The notes under the pieces were generated by a model that was not told the DNA's origin, ran no database searches, and saw only the letters and a list, made by a program, of their open reading frames with translations. Both the position numbers and the translations under genes were made by a program. A stretch of DNA of 64,000 nucleotides, taken from positions 15,252,001 to 15,316,000 of the forward strand of contig CM022679.1 in the NCBI GenBank assembly GCA_012295275.1, read 5' to 3'. This document shows, piece after piece, positions 12,401 to 24,563 of the stretch (positions are counted from its first letter, which is position 1; each line of letters starts with the position of its first letter). Origin of the DNA: Chrysomallon squamiferum (taxonomy: Eukaryota > Animalia > Mollusca).

Positions 12401-15400
12401 TCTGTTCAGTCTTGGGACGATCCTCAAACAAGGAGAGATGGATCCAGTGTTAATGATGGAACAAATTACTGGCGTGAGCCTAGCACCAGCTCTCGCTCAT
12501 CAAGCTGGAATAGCACTCCTAGCACTCCTGCCACTCCAATGACGCCTATGGCTCCTCCAATGCAACAGATGCCACCTAGAGAAATCCAGAAGCCTGGTGC
12601 CACTGGATCTGGTTGGGGAGATCCCAATCCTGGTTGTAAAGTTGATGATGGCACCAGTATTTGGGCTGCTAATGCCCAGCAACAGGTCAGTGGTAGTACT
12701 GTGTATTTCATTTGTTACATAATTCATTTATGTTTTTAAATAACTATACTTTATTTCTGCTATTGCCACGAGTAGAAATAATTCCATACTGTATGTTTTT
12801 ATGAAAGCACAACATTGTCTATAGATGGAAAATCTACTTTCATTTTTAGATGTTTTTATTTTTAAAATTTAATTTATGAAGTAGATACATTTTAATGCAT
12901 CTTTTGAGAAAAGGTTATTTTGCTAACTGATATTTCATTTTAGGCACGAGCTAGTGGCTGGGGTGATATCCAGTGGAACCCCGCTGTTGGTGCCAAACCA
13001 AAGACTCCTTCTACCTCTAACTGGGAATCGGGAGATACTTCCAGCTGGAACTCCAGAAAGGTTTGATTATTCAGTTTTAGCTAGTAAATAGTTTGTTCTC
13101 AGCTTGATTCAGTAAATAAAAAAATAAATTTATTTATATATTTATTTATTATTTTTGATGATAAAATGCATTCTGCTACCAAGTTCATTCTATAAACTGA
13201 AAAATTTAGACAGATTTTCAAAACCTAAATTTTCATTATATTTGTAGGATAAAGTCGTTATTTTATTGCATAAAAAAGCTTATCAGAAAAACATTTTGCT
13301 GGTTTATAATGGAATATTATTTTGAATGCACATTAAAATGTATCTAAAAATGGTTTTCATTTGGCCAAAAAAAATTTGGATTCTCTTACTTCAAGAATTC
13401 CATTTATAGGTAGTTTTATAGGAAATATTTTGACCTATGCATTTTATAATGAAGTTTGCTTAAAATTATAATGAGGAAAGATGTCTTATTCCATATTGAG
13501 TATTAGATGATTTTTAGGTATTTTATATATAAAGTACAAAAGTGTGTAATTGTGTGACTGAATCTATAATTCTGCTGGGGGTGTTTATCTGTGTGCATGC
13601 CACAATGAAGATATGTGAGGTTTTTTCATAGCCTTGTTGCAACAGTGTGTTTATTCAACTGGATGTCTCCCTGCATATAACTGTTATCCTTCTATTTTGC
13701 TGCTTCTTTCTTTTCTTTGTACCCCTTTTCCCATTTTCAAATGTGCTCAAGCAGGTTTTATTATATTTTTTTTTTTTCCAATCACTTTAGTGTATTATTT
13801 TCTTTCACTTTGGTTTCTTGCTATTAGTGTAATGTCAGCTTATTTCTCCTTTCTTTCTGGATATGGCTTTTTCATTCCTTGCTAAGTAGGCAGTAGATAA
13901 CTTAACTTCCTTGAGCAAATTTGGTAATTATTTATTTTTACTTAATTACTTGATAAAATCGTTATTGTAAAATTAAAACAGTTTCATTAAAATAAGCTAA
14001 AAGCACTGTGTAGTTCTTACATTTTTAATATAATAAGTGGAATTAATATCAAGTTATTAGAACTAATTATTAATAAAAATTATTCAGATGTGTTAAATTG
14101 ATCTCAGCCTTGTCTAAACAACTGTAAACATTTTTGCATGCTGCCATCTAAATTATTGTTTTAAATAACAAAATTAAAAAGAAAAAATATATACGGCATT
14201 AATGATGAATGTCTACACACAATATGTGTTGGCACTTTGGTAGCTACAGTATTATTTCTGGCTGATGTCATCTTGTGTGTTGCCTCCCCGAATTTCAGCA
14301 GTCAGCTTGGATGGATGACAGTGCTGTCAGTATCTGGGGCGGTGATACAGAGGTTGGATTTTGGAATGACAATTCTCAGGAAAGTAGTTCATGGAGCAGT
14401 GTCCCAGGATGGCGGCTTAAAAAGAACACGGTTAAGGTATACCTGTGGACAGTGCTCTTTCTGCATCCACTGATAATGGCACACCAGTTTATCCTCAACA
14501 CCTTTGTTTTATTTCTGTATCACAGGTGTCTGCAGTAACTGCCATGTCCATCATGTGCATTGCCACTTTAATTTGGATTTAAATAATGCTTTTCTTAAAC
14601 AAGTTAAAACTAATATATATAGATACAGATGATCCCTTTTATTATCTTTCTTTCCAAATTTAATGCAACAAAAGTTTATATTTTCTGGATTTAGTAACAA
14701 TTTTTATATATTTTTTCTTTAAAATATTGGAACTCTAGTAGTGATCTTAATGATTTCCTTCCTGTGTGATAAATTTTAAATTTGGCTGCATGAATATATT
14801 GTAATGCAGCCAATAAATGCATGATAGTTTTAGATGTCCAGAACAGATGAAGAATAATGATAATAAAAAAAACTCCCAAAACTCCCATATTATTATTAAT
14901 TGTTACCTTTTAAAAAAGAAGAAAAAAAAAGAAAAGTTTTGAAAGTTCTCTTAAAACATTCATATAGTTGATGACTAACTAGTTGAAGCACATTGTCACT
15001 TGATCTTGGTACTTGGGTTAACACTGTCCTGTTCTAATACTTAGAAAAAAATAAATAAAAAATAAACATTTCCAGTTGTCTGCTGCACACTGTTAGCACA
15101 ATGTGATTTGCATCTTATTTCTCACTCATAACATCATCATTTACCATCATTTGTTAGAAAGATTGAAGGAATGAATGCTTAGATAACAAGAATGATTGTA
15201 AAATTTAATAAAAATAAAGTATATATATATATTAATCCTAACTCATGGGATTGGTTATTTTGGTATTTTTAATTAAAAAAACAAAATCAGTAAAATGTTA
15301 AAAATTAGAACAAGTTGTTTTTTGTGTGAGGAATTAACAAATTAAAATTTAAAACATTATTACTTTTATTTTTTATTTTGTTATTTATCCTGTTTAAAAA

Positions 15401-18400
15401 TGCATTGAATCAAGCTTGGAAGAAAGAATTTTTTTTTTTTTTTTTTTAATACTTCAATCTGCAGGTCACATCAATGTGAAAATTGGTTCAGGTGACCTAC
15501 ATCAAGTTGGTGAAAACATTTCACTCACCATTGAATATATTCCTAAGAATTTGTTGTTCATTGTATTTCAGGCCCCTCCAAAATTTCCCAGTATGAATAA
15601 TCACCATCCACAAATGAGAAGTAAACTGCTTCAACAATTAATGGACATGGGCTTTAAGGTAAAACTTTACCATATAATATTAAATTAGAACAGTGTTTAG
15701 ATAGATTTAATGATTGCTTGAAGTTACTTTTATATGAATTGTAATTTTTGTTTAATTTTTAAATTGTTTTTACTTGCAGAAAGAGGAAGCCCAGAATGCA
15801 TTAATCAGCAATAACATGAATGTAGAAAATGCCCTGAGTAAGACCTTTTGATGATATGTTAAAATAATATATTCAGTCATTTGATATTCAGTACTTAATG
15901 TTTATTTTTATATGGAAGTACAAGTCAGAGTATTTTTAAGAAATTGAAACCTCCTAGGAATGATATTATAAATGGTATTAAAATAAGGATAATTCTAGTG
16001 TTTCTTAACTTAACATATCTTGGCATCAGTCAGTATGCAACTGCTTAATTATGAAAGATATTTTTAAACTGGTATTGAGGTTTAATATGTATGATAATAT
16101 TCTTCTAAATAGCTTTAAGTAAATATTTTTGTATGAAAGATGGGCAGAACAGAGGGATATTGGTTTAATAATACCTTCTGACAATTTATTGAATAAAAGA
16201 ATTGTATTTCTAATATGCATTTGTAAGGGTAGTATATTTTATTAATGTTTTTACTGTTTACTTTCAGCTGATTTAATGAATATCAATAGTGCCAACAAAA
16301 AGGATCATGAAGTAGATGTATTCCAGGTGAATGGTTCGAAGCCAAAGTTGTCTGGAATAATGCCAGACACCAGTTCCATGATAGGTGAAGACATATCCGA
16401 AGCCCAGTCCGAGAACAGCCCACATGTGCCTAATTTCACCATGCAAAATACTCCATTTCCAAATGCTCAAATACCAAATCAGCCATATATGACAAGACCA
16501 GGACCTAGTCTGCCCTCTTCTAGTCTCAATCCAAATAATTCCAGTATTACCAATCATACATTGCAACAAAAACTCATGCAGCATAAATTTCAACAGCAAC
16601 AAACTCAGTCCATAACTTCGATGAGTCCTACACAGGGCCCCATCAACCGGAGTCAGATGCCACCGAATGCGCAAATAGTGCAGCAACAGGTTAGTTAAGA
16701 AGATTAGTATTATGATGTATAAATTTAAAAAACAACAAAAAAAACAACAGAACATTACTTCATTTATAAAAGTTGGATAGTTATTTCAGTTAATAAAAAG
16801 AGCTGTGTTTATTTGTAATACTGTTACCTAATTTTGTATTTCTTTGGTAGTTAATTTTTCATCTTCCACTTATTACAGATGGCTCAACAGCAAATACTAC
16901 AACAGCTGCACATGGCTGTACAGTCGGGCCTGATCAGTGACCAGCTGCTTCATCAAAAATTGCCGCACAACATACTCCTCCTACTTCAGCAGCTGCTACA
17001 GCTTCAAAACATTCTTCAGCAGTTTGTAACCAAACAACAGATCTTGCAGCAAAACAAGGTATGTTCTGTCAAATAGTTACAAGTCAGCTGTTCATTATCT
17101 GAAATCCTTGGGGACAAATTATATTTATTTGTAATGAAAATGTTATCAAATATAATCTTTTAATGAAAAATATAACTTGCTGTAAATTTCAATGATGTCC
17201 AAAATTGTGATGTAATTAGTTGAGATCAACAAGTTCGGTGTATTGTTACTGGTCTCTGATTTTACAGATAAATAATTATTTTCAGGCTTCACTGAACATG
17301 CAACAGCGACAGCAGTTAGACCAAGGGACTCTCATGATTAACAACTTCAAACAGCAGATTCTTCAGCTTCAGAAACAACTCTCTCAGGCCCAGCAGATGT
17401 TGCTGAAGCAAACTCCATCTCAGGGGCAGGTGCTACAGGGAAGTACCCCTACTCCTCAACCGATGCCAAACGTTGTGGACCCTACAGTTCCACTTCAGAC
17501 AGATATGTCTACCTTGTCTATCAATCCACCAACACAACCACAGTCTCGTCTAAACCAGTGGAAACGCCCAACTCCCGACAAGGAAAGTGCCGACTCCAGT
17601 GCAGACATAAATAGAGTTGTTGGAAGCAAGCCACTCCATCCTTCACAGAGCATCCCGAATTTTGGCCAGTTTTCTGATCTCAGTGGACTGAACATCACTG
17701 GAGACACCACCTGGTCAACACAGGCAACCACGTCGGCCATGAACTGGCCTTCAACAAGTGCTGAAGGAACCACTTCCCAAGCTGAGACAAAAGACACTGA
17801 TCTCACTGAATCTCACCCACCAACTACAACCACCACTTCGTCATCAATCAATATCACTGATGTGATACCGGAGTTCATCCCCGGCAAGCCATGGCAAGGC
17901 TTTAAGAATGTAGAAGATGACCCACATATCACTCCTGGAAGTATTAAGCGGTCTCTCAGTGTGAACGTTGTCAAGCCTGACCACTTGAACAATCTTGCCA
18001 ATGTGAAGACAAGTCCTAATCTCTCTGGTGCAGAATCTTCGACAACTTGGAGCCGCGATGGCCAGACTCTTCCTTCCATTACTTCGTCCAAACCATCTTG
18101 GATTTCCTCCGATGCCATATCAACGTCTGTGTCAGATGTCTGGAGTATGACTTCTGGCAAAAATAGCCTCACTGGGAATAGACCCCCTCCAGGTCTGTCC
18201 GGTCAGAGCAAATGGGCTCCTGGTATGAACCGACAGCATTCATGGGCGGGACACTCAGAATCAGCTTTTACTCCAGGTTGATAGCCCTTTTGAAACTTAT
18301 TTTATTTTATAACTTAGAAGTAATAGGGTTAATCTACATTTTGTATATATTTATATTCTGGTTCTAAAATTTTTTTATTGGATTTAATTAGTTACTGTTC

Positions 18401-19410
18401 TGTTTTTCACTTGTAATGTAAAATATTTACCAAATGTAAAACAGTTTCATTGAAAAAAAAACTTACTGCTTACAAATATCTAACCATTCTTAGTGTTTTA
18501 TGGCAAAAGCAAATTGTTTTAAAGTTGATCTTGTAGAGTGTTTTTGCTATATAAATAACTACGAACTGTCTATTTTTTCTGTCCAGCAGTAAACACCCAA
18601 CAGTGGGATTCCAGAGGTGCCAATGCCTCAACCTGGTTGGTTTTGAGGAATTTAACACCACAGGTATAATATAAAAATAACGTTGATTTTCAGTTTCTGA
18701 ACTGTTTGCTGTTTCTGCATTAATTTTCAGTGTTTTATGCACCTGTATGACGGCTAACACCAGATTTGTTTTGATTTTTTTTTTTTTTTTTTTAAATTAA
18801 AAATAATGAATGGCAGCATAGTTACTGTAAAAATTGCAAGTTAAAATAATAATTCCATTTAGAATTTGAAATACATTTGGTATGTCACAGATTCCTCTTT
18901 TCATTGCAGATTGATGGATCTACATTGAGGACATTGTGCCAGCAACATGGCCCACTACAGATGTTTCACTTGAACCTCAGTCATGGTCAGGCTGTGGTTT
19001 GTTACTGCACAAAGGAAGAGGCCACAAAAGCTCAGAAAGCTCTCAATACGTGTGTCTTGGGCAATACGACAATTTTAGCCGAGTTCGTCAGTGAAAGTGA
19101 AGCTCCACACTTCATGGACCACGGTTCCATGTCTTCAATCAACCCTAGTCAGTGGTCACAGAATTCCCAGTCAAGCTATAACAGCCAGTTGGGCCATGCA
19201 GTCCTGTCACAGAACCAGGGTCACAGCCAGAATCGGCAGAACAGCCAGTTCTACAGTCGCACAGAAAACAGCCCTTGGAATCCTGTGTCCTCATCCATGT
19301 CTGTCGGGAGCGGTGTCATGTGGGGCTCCATTTGGGGTGGGACCTCTGGCGATGACCAGGCGCCCAACCCTCTTCAGTTTGGCAATATTTTAGGAGGGGA
19401 ATCCATGTGA
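8965..19410 (+). CDS. TNRC6: Trinucleotide repeat-containing gene 6 protein / GW182 (Gawky), ~1506 aa
   Basis: Exons 8965-8974 (start uncertain; alternative ATG 8569), 9967-10077, 10857-12685, 12944-13060, 14299-14436, 15572-15658, 15780-15837, 16268-16689, 16879-17058, 17286-18276, 18587-18663, 18910-19410, all phases consistent. GW/WG Ago-binding repeats ([31 protein letters not shown]), UBA-like ([30 protein letters not shown]), Q-rich region, QSRLNQW motif, PAM2 ([12 protein letters not shown]), RRM ([26 protein letters not shown]), C-terminal ILGGESM. Confidence 0.96.
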
Positions 19411-20278
19411 AAAGATACTTTTTTCGTATTATTAATATTATTATTATTATTATTATTAAGAACATTTTTGTCCCTCCCCCACCCCTTTACATTTTTTAAA
19501 ACTAGCATGGATTCCTTTCTTTAATAAGTGATCTCTTGTTGTAACGCGGGTTAGCTAGCGGTGGACGTGTTTATGTAGTTGCTTACTTGTGTTCCACGGC
19601 CATCCTGTGCTCAGAGCCAGCTGGTCAACTCACAGTGCATGCAAACTTGGTGCTCACTGCTTCAAAGAAGTAAAGCACATACTTTTATTTTTATACTTCT
19701 CGAGAAGTATTTCAATGTCTTTCAGAATTCCCATATTGTCTTGTCAGTTGGGATGGCCAGCTACTCGTGTAGCCTGGGGCCTAGTCAAAGGGAGGGTTTA
19801 ATGCCTTTTGACAAAGTTTAACCTCAGACTTTATCAAAATTAAACAAATTATATATATAGACGAATATATATGTGTATATTGTAATGGCCATTCATGACT
19901 GTCAAATGAATTTAATGCAGCAAAATCATAGTGCAAATTATGTTCTTTTTAATATAACACTCAAATCATTGGTGTAATATTTTCTTGTTTGACTTGTACT
20001 CTGTCAGTTGGCAGGAAAAAACAAAAACAACCTGTGATACTGAATTTCTTTGTATGTTTGTTGTCTGTGTGATTGAATCAGGATAGAAGTACATTTAGTG
20101 CTGTTGATAATTCTTCCATGAAAATGTTATGATATTGGGTATAACGAGTCGTCTCAGATTGATTGGTTTGCCATGTTTTTATGTATGCGATCTTTAACTG
20201 CTGTATTGTCTGTAATAGTCCATATTCCTGCCCAGACTTGGACATTTAACTTATAATATATATTATATGATGAAATTC

Positions 20279-20566
<288 letters not shown>

Positions 20567-21010
20567 TCCATTGCATCTTGTGAACATACAAATGCTGATT
20601 ACAAATTTTTAATTATTGATGTCGTTGTGAACGATCTGGCATTTTGGACAGTGCAGTCCGTTAAGCATTGGCAGCAGAGAAGGATGCATTGTGAAAAAAA
20701 AATTGTATTTAAAAAAAAAACAAAAAAAAAAGATGCTATAGAAGCATACTGTGATTTTACTCCAGGCAGGGCACAGAGTGTTCCAAAAAGTGCTGCTACT
20801 ACAGACAGTATAGACTTTATTTGATTATAATATAATGACATGCCTCTTTTGTGTTTTCCACTCAGTACTTATTGCATTTTTATTGTGACAAACAAAATTA
20901 TAGATCACAATTGCCAAAGCACATTATATTGTAGAAATTGGGCAGCTTTTATCCGTAAAATTAAGAGAATTTAACACATGACATAAATATTGTGCTCGTA
21001 GCTTGCTTTG

Positions 21011-21039
21011 ACTTGTATTCTGAATAAAGTCTTTATTCA
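21011..21039 (+). terminator. Candidate TNRC6 polyadenylation signal
   Basis: TGTA followed by AATAAA (21023-21028) with U/GU-rich sequence downstream. An identical 18-mer copy lies at 21770-21787. Confidence 0.5.
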
Positions 21040-22185
21040 CCAATTGTTAGTCATGTTTTTATTTTGACTGTTGTGAGGAAATTATTTCCAGTGAAGTTTG
21101 CTGATGAAATGGAAATTAAATTCATTTGAAGCAGGTCCCAAATTAATGCAGTATGGAAAATTTTGGTAAATTGATAGGCATTAAAAACTGAAATACACAT
21201 TTGTCACTAGTTACGAGAAGATTTCCTCTTTAAATATAAATTTTAATATTATTGAAAGGGTGGTAAATTTATTTTAATTTTTAAACTCGAAAACACTTTC
21301 TGAACCATAGCTTACTTTATCAGTGGTATTCCAAATAGATTAAGTGAACATTTGAGGAGTAGGAGAAGAATGTTCTGAGTAAGACTTGTGTAGCTTTTTA
21401 AGCCAGTTCATTGGATCACTAACTTCAAACACCACACAGATGATCCATTTTGGTGCTGAATCTTGTTAAATTTTAAACAAAATTCTATGAGAATGTGACC
21501 GACTTCTGACAGCACAGATAAATGTGAAAATAAATTGATGAGTTGTTAGATGACTGTGCTGTGACTAAAATGAATGCTGATTTGGGATGTGATGGGTTTC
21601 AGCATCAATCCTCTGTGTACTGATGCAATTATTACCAAGCTGCACGATGCTGTAGAATCTTCTTCTAATGCACACAAAATTATAGATAACTTGGTTAAAC
21701 CACATTTATTTATATCAATGTATTGGTTTTTGTCTGTAAAATAAAAAGAATTTAACAAATATTGTTTCAACTTGTATTCTGAATAAACGGATTCTTTAGT
21801 GTAATCCTAACTTGAAATGTCTGATATTTTGTTAGCCAGTAGCTGGTGATGGAAAGTTAATGTGGTCTACTGTGTCAGTCAGAAGTCCTACACTAACAGA
21901 AAAAAAAGAATTTTTGTTTGTTATAGTTTGTGTTCCAGACGTCTACAAGTAACAGATTAAATCTGAGGCCTATAACACTATTCATACAAACCTGAAAATG
22001 TGAAGTTTATTAAAAAATCAATTTCCAAAATACTCTATTAATTCTCATTGATTCAGTATCAATCCCTGTAATCTGCTACATTATAGAAATCATTAAGAGA
22101 TACTTGAGTTATATATATATATATATATATAACTTTTGAAATGAAAAACAAGAAAGATTAAAGAACATGAAAAGGAAGCAACCGA

Positions 22186-22191
22186 TTTATT
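22186..22191 (-). terminator. Candidate distal TEX2 polyadenylation signal (implies ~6.2 kb 3' UTR)
   Basis: Minus-strand AATAAA followed by a U/GU-rich tract. The A/T strand skew switches near 22 kb. Confidence 0.35.
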
Positions 22192-22929
22192 TTCAAAACA
22201 AAAATAATTTCAAACACTCACTCCACTGTGCTACTCTGGCGTCACACGATACAATATACTTACAGTATGGCACGTAAATGTGAAATGACAGGAACACATT
22301 TACAGAATTAACCTTTATATATATCAACTGCCACTACTACTACTTAACACTATATACAATTTCCTTACAGTAAATGTTACTATAATATATACAGCATATA
22401 CTTACTCCTTATCCATAATCACAACATCTTCACTAATAACAGATAAATAAGTAAACAAGTAAAAAATACTAATTAATTATTAAAATTCAGCAACTGACTG
22501 TCATGGCCATTGTAATAACAATAATTATTTAACAAACTTAAAGCTCAAATGTTTGGAAAGCAGTGAAATGACCATGCAAATTTATGGGTGTTTTCTTAAG
22601 CGTTTGAAGGACACCAATACAATATCAACAAAAACAAAATTAAAAAACCCCCCAAAACTCATGCATTAATGGCTTTTTGTCTCGGTGAAACCCCCAACTC
22701 TTTCAAAAAACTAAACAAAAACGCTCCCCCCCCAAAAAACATGCATAATTATAAGTAGATAAATAATATAAATAAAGAAATAAAAATGTTTAAAATCTTT
22801 CTAAAATGCACTATTTAATTAGAAACAAAACAGAACAAGCAAGCAGTTAAAGAGTTGATTACATTTTAATAAATTAGCAACAACAAGTGACATGGAATGT
22901 TAATGACAAACATACATCAAATCCAGTCC

Positions 22930-23600
22930 ATAATAAAAACATGAGAAATCATGCATTATACAACTCTGAATTAAAAACAAACAATATATACACAGCCATT
23001 TAATCTTGAATTACAAAGAAAAATGATATATGCACAGCCATTTAATTTGCTATTGAATGGTAAGCAATACATGCATGGCATTTTAACTGATGTTTGAGTC
23101 ATAAACAAATACATCATGATATTACAACTGATGTTTGAGTCATAAACAAATACATCATGATATTACAACTGATGTTTGAGTCATAAACAAATACATCATG
23201 ATATTATAACTGATGTTTGAGTCATAAACAATATATGCATGGCATTTTAACTGATGTTTGAAAAATAAACAGCCAAATAACTCATTTTGCTAAAATTATG
23301 ATCATTTACTTGAACTGCAGAATTATAAACAGTACATGCACTGCTATTTAAGACATGCTTGAATTACATACAGTACATACAAGACATTTAACTGTTGTTT
23401 GAATTAGAAAAGTAAATATATGACGATTTAACCCATGTGTTTACATTGTGTGTGTGTGTGTGTAGATAGATAAGATATAATCATGTTCTGATTATAATGC
23501 ATTGCTGTTTAATTTGTATATTTGAATTATATATAATACATACATGACTGTTTAACTCAATTAGCCTGAATTATGAACAATATCTAAATGCATGGCAATG
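22930..23600. repeat. 41-bp minisatellite with degenerate flanking copies
   Basis: Unit AACTGATGTTTGAGTCATAAACAAATACATCATGATATTAC starts at 23085, 23126, 23167, 23208 and 23249; diverged units on both sides. Confidence 0.9.
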
Positions 23601-23812
23601 TAATGTTGCCCTACCCTGATAAATAAAATAAATGTAACTGTATTGTATAGTGAGTTATAGACATAATAATGTATGAAATCTGTAACAGTTTTGTACATCA
23701 CTGTTTAATTTATACTGCACCAATATAACATCTACACATCAAATCAGTTTAGGACTTGAAACTACATTAATATATCAACGTAACTTGCTTATCTCAAATT
23801 TTACTGTCAAAA

Positions 23813-23850
<38 letters not shown>

Positions 23851-24520
23851 GCAGTAGTAATATCTCTGTTATTATATTTTATACACATCTATATTTTGTG
23901 AATAGCCTGCATAAAATTCTGCATTAAAACTAATTATAAATTTACAAAAATATTTTTGACTAAAAGAAAGACACAAAATGGACCACTGGTTATACTTAAG
24001 AATGTGTTTTGTCTTGTATAAAAGCAATTACATTAACAGTAACTTCAAAGTACAGTGTGATCTGTACAAATCACATTAGCAACTTACATTCACAACTAAC
24101 TTGGAAAAGAACTCATAATACAGAAGATCACAGTTCAAAATGTAATATGCTAAAAGTGAAGACTGTAGCACTTAAGTAAAGTAATAATATTTCTCATATA
24201 CTGAAGATTAAAAGCTTCCAGTAAACTTTAAGACACAAAATATTACAAGTCTGTATTAAAAAAACTTAAAAACTTCTAGTAGGTAGCTCATTACATCTGT
24301 CACTACAGATAACATTCTCAGGTCTGTTTGCAGTTCTTTCTGGCTAAAATAATGATTTAAGTATTTCTGTATGGAGATAGACTATTTTATTTTTTACATA
24401 AATAATCTATATATAATTAAACCATATAGTTTGATTTACATAAAAAATACCGAGCTTCTAACACACTGAAGAATTACTGATTGTCCTTAGATGAAAGATA
24501 TTTTCTCAGCTACAAATTTA

Positions 24521-24563
<43 letters not shown>

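Noticed and set aside
15464-15492. Possible stop-containing exon (ctgcAG GTCACATCAATGTGA...CAG|GTGACC) upstream of the UBA exon
   Set aside because: Weak donor and no supporting context; cannot be distinguished from chance splice-like sequence.
11055-18172. Antisense and alternate-frame ORFs overlapping TNRC6 exons
   Set aside because: Shadow ORFs of the GC-richer coding exons; no recognisable motifs or splice support.
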